Assembly: GCA_040954595.2 (NCBI GenBank)
Contig: CM082582.2
Span: 4,324,303-4,388,302, forward strand
DNA: 64,000 nt
Origin: Balanoglossus misakiensis
Taxonomy: Eukaryota; Animalia; Hemichordata
Direction: 5' to 3'
A model generated the notes under the pieces. That model searched no databases. It worked only from the letters and a program-made list of their open reading frames with translations, and was not told the origin of the DNA. Positions 53,126 through 64,000 of this stretch are shown in pieces. A program made the position numbers and the translations under genes. The stretch's first letter is position 1. Each line of letters opens with the position of its first letter.

Positions 53126-53644
53126 TATTACGGTTGGTTTCTCATGATGTTCATGCATTGGGGAATCTGTAGCGATGAGGTATCGGGCTCTGACGAGAAC
53201 AGTGATCCACGGAGACACGTATCTGATTCACGTTCATTTATTGTCCGGAATTATATAGTACATCAACTACGCCCAGTAAAGTACATGAGGAAGGGAACGA
53301 ACTCAGTAGCCTGAGGTACTCCCATCTCCCGTTAGATTATTTCTCCCTAACTTTGGAAACAAAGTTATCTTATAATTACTTTTCTCAAGGCGTGGTTAAT
53401 AATGTAAAATATATGTGTTACAATTTCATTGGGCATCAGTCAACTCTATACGAACCAATTTACATAAGGTGTTATATAACAAAGTCAGTTCGGTGATGAT
53501 TGACAATCAGAGCAGTCAGTTAAACACCCGCTCTCCCTATCTACTTCAAATACATAAAATCAAATACTATCAAACATTGACATTCCCGAGCTCTGGATTA
53601 ATTAACCCTTGAAATCGTATTTGACCTTTATACAGATCGTAACA
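53126..53644 (-). repeat. 5' LTR (TGTTACG...CGTAATA)
   Basis: Direct repeat of 46333-46851; followed on the minus strand by CA and then the PBS. Confidence 0.95.
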
Positions 53645-54140
53645 CGGTGTATCTATATAAAGATGCCGTGAGTGCATGATATATGAAATAGGAGGTCACC
53701 ATGGTCACCAAAGGTCATAAGTGACCCCATATATTTTTCCCTTCCTGATTACATGACCTTTAACGATATAATTCATGTTTTATTACAGTGGCTGTTTGGA
53801 GTACTGAATTTATGATCAACGGAAATATGACAGTCTAGTCATACATGTATATGATTGATTGATTGATTGATACATGAACTTTTTGAGGCAAATTTCGTTC
53901 AACAGGAACATGCGATAGATAACAAATTCTGTTGTCACTGGATTTCTATGCCACAAATTAAACAGCTAAATGTTGAAGTGTTATGAAGAAACTACATTAA
54001 ATAATCCGCTTTTGTCTTCTTTATCGTTGGTCTGCTAAGAATCAAAATTTATTTTTGTCGATTTGCTATCCAATACACTATAATTCTAGATACATTGCAC
54101 GAAAGTACTGCGTAAAAGTTAATGACGTAATGTATACAAA

Positions 54141-58454
<4,314 letters not shown>

Positions 58455-59292
58455 CTAAAGGGATAAAAAGTGCGCATTAAATTTACAAAAATGTGATAAT
58501 AATTATGTCAATTAGTTTATCATTTAAAGTAAAACCCTAATTTGATGACCAAGAGCAGCTGAGGCCAAGTTTGCGACGTACGTCATTAAGTTTAAATAAA
58601 TCTTGCATTGTCACACTTGAAAGAAGCTGTTGTAATATTGTCATTCCCAGCGATGTCATCATGGTCACTCGTGGCAGTAAGCTCAGACTCGAACGGGAAA
58701 AAACCTCTAACATAAAGGTAATGGTACCCTGAACAACTTTGGGCACAACTGTCGTTCCGGTTACTCAGCCATGAGTGGATGCGTAAAACTGTTAACGTTT
58801 GCCTTTACAAATAACAACAACAACATATAATGATATATATCCCCATCCTATGTATAGTGATTAGGATAACGTGGTTCCAAACTAAGTTTTTTTTTATAGA
58901 GAGACAAATTACACATGTTGACAAGTGTAATAATGGAAACAAGTCAGAAAGCCAAAAAAATCGTTAGTTTCACTCAGAGTTTCACATATTTACGTTACAA
59001 GAGATTGCTAACCATTGTTAACCTAAAAGATTGAACTTTAAAAAGTCATAAAAAGTACAATACCCGTGTTGAAACTACTGTGGACGATGATGGTTGCCGC
59101 GGACTAGTTCTCAGCGCTTGGAGAGGATGCGCAGTGGCAACGAGAATCAACAGCTCAGAAGTTTTGTGTAACCGCATATCCCATATCCCCCATTAGACGT
59201 AGAAGGGTTGGGACACCCCCTTGAGAACGGAAGTGGGGTGCGGCAGCATTTTCCTTTCCCAGATTACTTGATTACACATGTCATCACTGTTA

Positions 59293-59299
59293 TTTTATA
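59293..59299 (-). promoter_or_regulatory. Possible TATA box for the carboxypeptidase gene (non-coding first exon ~59064-59265)
   Basis: TATAAAA on the minus strand. A candidate GT donor lies at ~59063, and an AG acceptor directly precedes the ATG at 58454. Confidence 0.3.
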
Positions 59300-60627
59300 A
59301 GATTAAATCTCGCAATAGACACTCCGTACAAATAAAACTCCATACAGCACCAACTTTACTTCGTCATTTTTTGTAGGAGTTCACTTCTTTGTATTAATTA
59401 CAGTATTGAGACAGCTACTTCTTTACCCACCCCCTCCAAAAACAGATGCCCACCGCTAAAGTTATCAGTACCAGTTCACATTATGTATTGAGTGTGTACG
59501 AGAGACAGGGGCAGATAGAAGCATAGGAACTTCCGCGTGATTTTAGTCACTTGATTATTCAAGTTCACCAAAAAAGAAAAAATAACCCACAATGTTTTGC
59601 TAAATTATTTCGTCTTGGTTGCAGTTTCAGCACTATGCTCGGGAATTTTCATCCCAAATAGTCAGGTCCAGTTCACCTATATAGAGTACACCATTGCATG
59701 GGGGGGGGGGGGGGGGGCGTCTCGGTCGTGCAACTCATTGGTGCCCTGATCGAGGTCAATAAACAATACAGGCCTACAGAAGTTGGCCTACTGTAAATAG
59801 TTACGGAAGTATGTGGGTCTCTGTAGGTAATAATGGAACAATCGTCGATCTACTTTGTCTACATGAGTATAGGTGTTGTTGTCATGTACTCACCCAAATC
59901 AGAAAAAAATCCAAGCGTCTACAAAACACTTCTGTATAATCATCACGTAGTTCTTATGAGTTCGTTCTCCATATTTTTATCGAATTCGCGTGTAGCTGCA
60001 ATCTTGATGATGTAATGTAAACAAACAGAAAGCTGCTGGTAAAGCGGATTCTTTCAGTGTAGAGGATTGTTCACAGGTGCGCGAACCCCAAACGGTTAGT
60101 GTCTGTTCAACTGAAGACACCGAACAGGTATACTAAGCAATCCATATAACAAACAATTCCGGCGCTATGATTCCAGTGTTAAATCTGCGACTGTCGGCCA
60201 GACTTCACTGTTAAGACAAACTATAAGATACCTGGTTTGTTCACGACGAGACAGCTTAAATTCTAGTACATGTAAGTCACCGCACCGATGATACCTGCGT
60301 GCGAAATTGAAAACACAGCACCCACCTGACAGTAAATATTGCCTTCCTATAGCGAACAAAGTTCAAGTTTGTGAGCTTTTGACAAACATGTCAAATGTCA
60401 AACAATATTACGACCTTTAGCAGTGCCATGACCTTTTGGTAGGCAGCCAATAATTGTTTCTCAGAGCGCCCGAACATCGTGACCCAGAGCTCGCCTGTAA
60501 TAGCTGGTAAAACGAACACGTGCGACTCCACTTATGTGTTTCACCAAATATATCTTTCTTTAAAATCACATTGCAAGCTTTGAGGATGCGTCATGTCTTT
60601 GCTAACAGCTTTTTTCCCGAGTGGGAC

Positions 60628-60661
60628 TAGCCCGGAGACCAGGGCGTCGGTCTCCGGGCTA
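60628..60661. mobile_element. 34-bp micro-MITE with TAG...CTA termini
   Basis: 13-bp TIR TAGCCCGGAGACC / GGTCTCCGGGCTA, 8-nt spacer, 9-bp TSD GAGTGGGAC (60619-60627 and 60662-60670). Confidence 0.75.
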
Positions 60662-61086
60662 GAGTGGGACTGACACTTCGCAACGAGACTGCCGTTTCTC
60701 TGGATACTATTGTTGATTGCCATTTACTTATCACAAATCGGCAAAATCCCCGCATACTTATACTTTTTTAACTGAGTAAGCAAACTCAAAATGTTCATTT
60801 TTCACCAAAACAAGCACACATACATTTTGGAAAATAACACATTTTGCATAATTTCCAGATAGATAGCGAATAGTACACGGGACTGTTTACGGCCCTCTTA
60901 CGTATAACATCGTAGATTCCTTTGTTTTTTTCTTCATTTCTTGCCGACGATCACGTATCAATGGTTATTGTTTCACTTTGCCTATGGCATCGGAATTTTA
61001 CAGAACAGGTTCCAACTCGATCTGTTTCATTTTCTTTCATATTTGCGCTGGGCGAACCTCAAGTGATAATCCTGAGTATAACATTT

Positions 61087-64000
61087 CTAGTACAGAACTT
61101 TTCCGGGATTCATAAGATTTTTAGGATCAAGTGCACTTTTGATCTGTTTCATTGTCTCTATTCCGGATTGTCCAATCTCTTCAATCAACAGATGTTTCTT
61201 TGAAAGTCCAATCCCGTGTTCACCAGTGCACGTACCATCCAGCGACAGAGCATGTCTGAAAAAAATTGAGAAACAAAATACTCAAGAAATTTTCAAAGCA
61301 GAGTACAGATCCAGGCTATAAATGTCTGGTTTGAATGCATGTGTTGTCAGCTGACATAGGCAAGGCAAGTTCAAGTTCAATATGGGTTAGTCTGGAATCC
61401 CGACTGTCATGTTTTTTTCGCAGGGCTTACACACACAGTCTGGCTTTGTGCTCAACATTTCTTAATTTTGCCAATTTGCATGTGAAAAGGACTGGGGAAC
61501 CTCGGCAACGGGGTCACCACATGATCATGACTATGACATCATTCAAGTCAATCACCTTACACAACACACTACTGATTGGCTGTTACCATGGAACATGTGT
61601 TGCTCCTCTCCCCTCCCCTGGCAGAAGAAACTGACTAGTCCCTTATACTATGACATAGTGCCTATATATAAATAAAAGGGCAGGCTAAGCCCAAAGAGTA
61701 ATGACATCCAGCCTTATACCTGGCAATGTCCGTGGCTAGTTCCTTGGCTGCTTCTGATTCCTCTGGAATAGTCGGATCTATGACAAGAATAACATGGAAA
61801 TTGCCATCCCCAACATGACCAACAATAGGACCTGTAATAAGAATTACATATCTGGTTGGTGAAAAAGAAATGATAACATGATGATGAAAGATTGCAATGT
61901 ACACATTCAAAGTAACAAGAGGATGCTACTAATTCTGATTTTGGTTCAAAATCAACATAAATATGTAAATGTTTCCCTGTTTAAATTGCAAGTGAATGCT
62001 TTTCCCAGTATTTTAGAATCTGCCATTTATGAAGACGTACATTGTGTGTACCATACACTTGGAAAGGCAAGTTTGATTTCTGGTGAAATACTTGTCGCGC
62101 ACACAACTATAAAACATCACAATCAGTTGATTACATACCTACAAGCGACTTCTGCGCAACTTTTTCTTTTGTTGCTACAATGATTTCTGGAAGTTTGGAG
62201 ATTGGCACACACACATCAGTTGACATGCCCTACATGAAAATGAAAAGGCAAGAAAATTATTATTGTTAACTGTAAAATCATTCTTCAGTGATTTGCTGCA
62301 GTTTTTAGGATTTACAATATTTAAGTATTCGTAACATTGACTTGAAATTACACTTCCCCAAATCGTAATCCCTTTCAAGGGGCATGGTCAAACATCATCC
62401 ACTATGCTGGTTTCATTGAAAAACATTTGCAATATGACATCAACATTTGCCCTTTTTTAAACACACAACCAGTCTCACAAACACTCACAAACATTATATA
62501 CATGTACCAGTACACATATCTGCATGCATGGTAACACACACATGTACATTTGTACACACTGACACACACACCCACACACATACCAAGGGAAAAATCCTTA
62601 CCCTACATCCTGGTCTGAGAGCTATACACGCATAAAACAGATCATGGCGAGCTTTCCACAGTTTATTTCTCTCCTGCAAATCTTTTGCCCACACAAATTC
62701 AGAACCACCATTACCCTTGGCAATCTCACCTGAAACAGTTGCAATTTTGTCAATTATAAACATGTTAAAATAGCATCCGATTTGAAGACGTGATCAACTC
62801 ACATGGTTTTCCACCAGAATATTAGAAAAAAAATTTCACTAGATTGATTTCTCACACAAACTCAATGGCACCACCACAGGGATCATGATTAAATTCTTAC
62901 CAACAGCTTGGGCGTTTTCCTCAACCAAGCTCTCTGATCCATGGAACTCAAGAAAGAGGGTAGGGGCAACTTTGTTGTCTAACTTGGAATATCTATTTAC
63001 AGCATCTATGGAAGCTTCATCCAGAAATTCTGAAGGAAAAAACAATGATGGATGAAACAGAAATAAAAGGGAAGTCGATCACTCTCATGTTCAGATAAAG
63101 TCATTTTCAAACTATTCCCCTTTTCACCTACTAGGCCCATAACTACACTGCAGATCTTTGAAATTGCACATGAAGTTATCTCCAGGGTTGGATCAAATCA
63201 ACGTTATCCTTGTACAATGAGGGACAAGCAAATGTAGTTGATGCACAAAACAAAAATATAGAAGAAATAGTGTCAGTGACATTGTGCTCCTATTTGATCA
63301 GAAATAATACATTAAAAACATCAAAAAGTGACATATATAATACACATTATTTCAAGACTCATTCTAATCAGACAGGAATTTTCTGGATTTACAAAGTGAA
63401 AACATGAATGAACCTAATCATGACCGCATCATCCATGTTCTATGGCCAGTGTCACACTGCGAAATGAACAGGGTCTGAAAATGGAGACTATCACATACCC
63501 TGAGTAAAGCATGCATGCACATCTACGAGAGAGTCATTGATCAAAAACACATACCTATACGTGCCATAGGAATACCAGATTGCATTACTTGCAACACTGT
63601 ATCAACTGCTGCATGTACTGTCTCAAAGGAACACACTGCTGACACTATCTACAATTGAAAAACATTGAAACTTTTCTTAGATTACCTTAAAGGTGGTCAC
63701 CCCTTATTTACATATGCCCATATGTGGTCAAAAGGGCGTGTCTAAGTCTTTGAATGATCATATTGTGGCCATGGCACACGTTTTTCACGTCCCGGGGATT
63801 ATTTTCATAATAATGTAGGTGGCTTAAATTAACTTGTTCAGGAATTTACAAGTCTAGTACTTTTCAATGCAATGCATTGCAAGGGCTGGTGTACAAAAAC
63901 TAAAAAGCTAACTCTAACTTAATAACCAAAGTTAACCCATCTTCCATATTAGACATATAGTCTAATATCACTTACAGATTCTGGTATTCCATGAAGTCTG
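61087..64000 (-). CDS. LDHD: Mitochondrial D-lactate dehydrogenase (FAD-linked oxidase), 3' exons; 5' part outside the window
   Basis: Exons give RLHGIPES / [13 protein letters not shown] / EFLDE...[10 protein letters not shown] / [10 protein letters not shown] / [11 protein letters not shown] / GHVGDGNFH / [10 protein letters not shown]...[15 protein letters not shown], with the stop at 61087-61089. Confidence 0.93.

Larger units (their letters stand above)
46333..53644 (-). mobile_element. Full-length Ty3/Gypsy LTR retrotransposon with integrase chromodomain
   Basis: Two 519-bp LTRs with no differences seen; 4-bp TSD CGGT (46329-46332 and 53645-53648); PBS, PPT and an uninterrupted gag-pol ORF. 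Confidence 0.97.

Overview
Intron-rich, AT-rich animal (probably marine invertebrate) genomic DNA; most short ORFs in the track are exon fragments or noise. In order: (1) an inverted head-to-head duplication of an arylsulfatase B-like gene (minus copy <1-5625; plus copy 7545-14540, which has a 13-bp deletion creating a stop inside the CxPxR catalytic motif); (2) a cytochrome P450 relic; (3) three intact, diverged paralogous type-I membrane receptor genes (15519-24524 -, 27534-34815 +, 36139-45596 -) with the architecture signal peptide-cadherin-unknown domain-EGF-Ig-EGF-HYR-TM-TIR, i.e. TIR receptors that are neither LRR Toll-like nor classical IL-1R. This cluster is the best candidate for an undescribed system; (4) a young full-length chromodomain-bearing Gypsy LTR retrotransposon (46333-53644) just upstream of the third receptor; (5) an M14B carboxypeptidase E/N-like gene containing a triple nest of TAG...CTA MITEs; (6) the 3' part of a D-lactate dehydrogenase (LDHD) gene. 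All exon models and alignments were made by eye, so boundaries may be off by a few bases.
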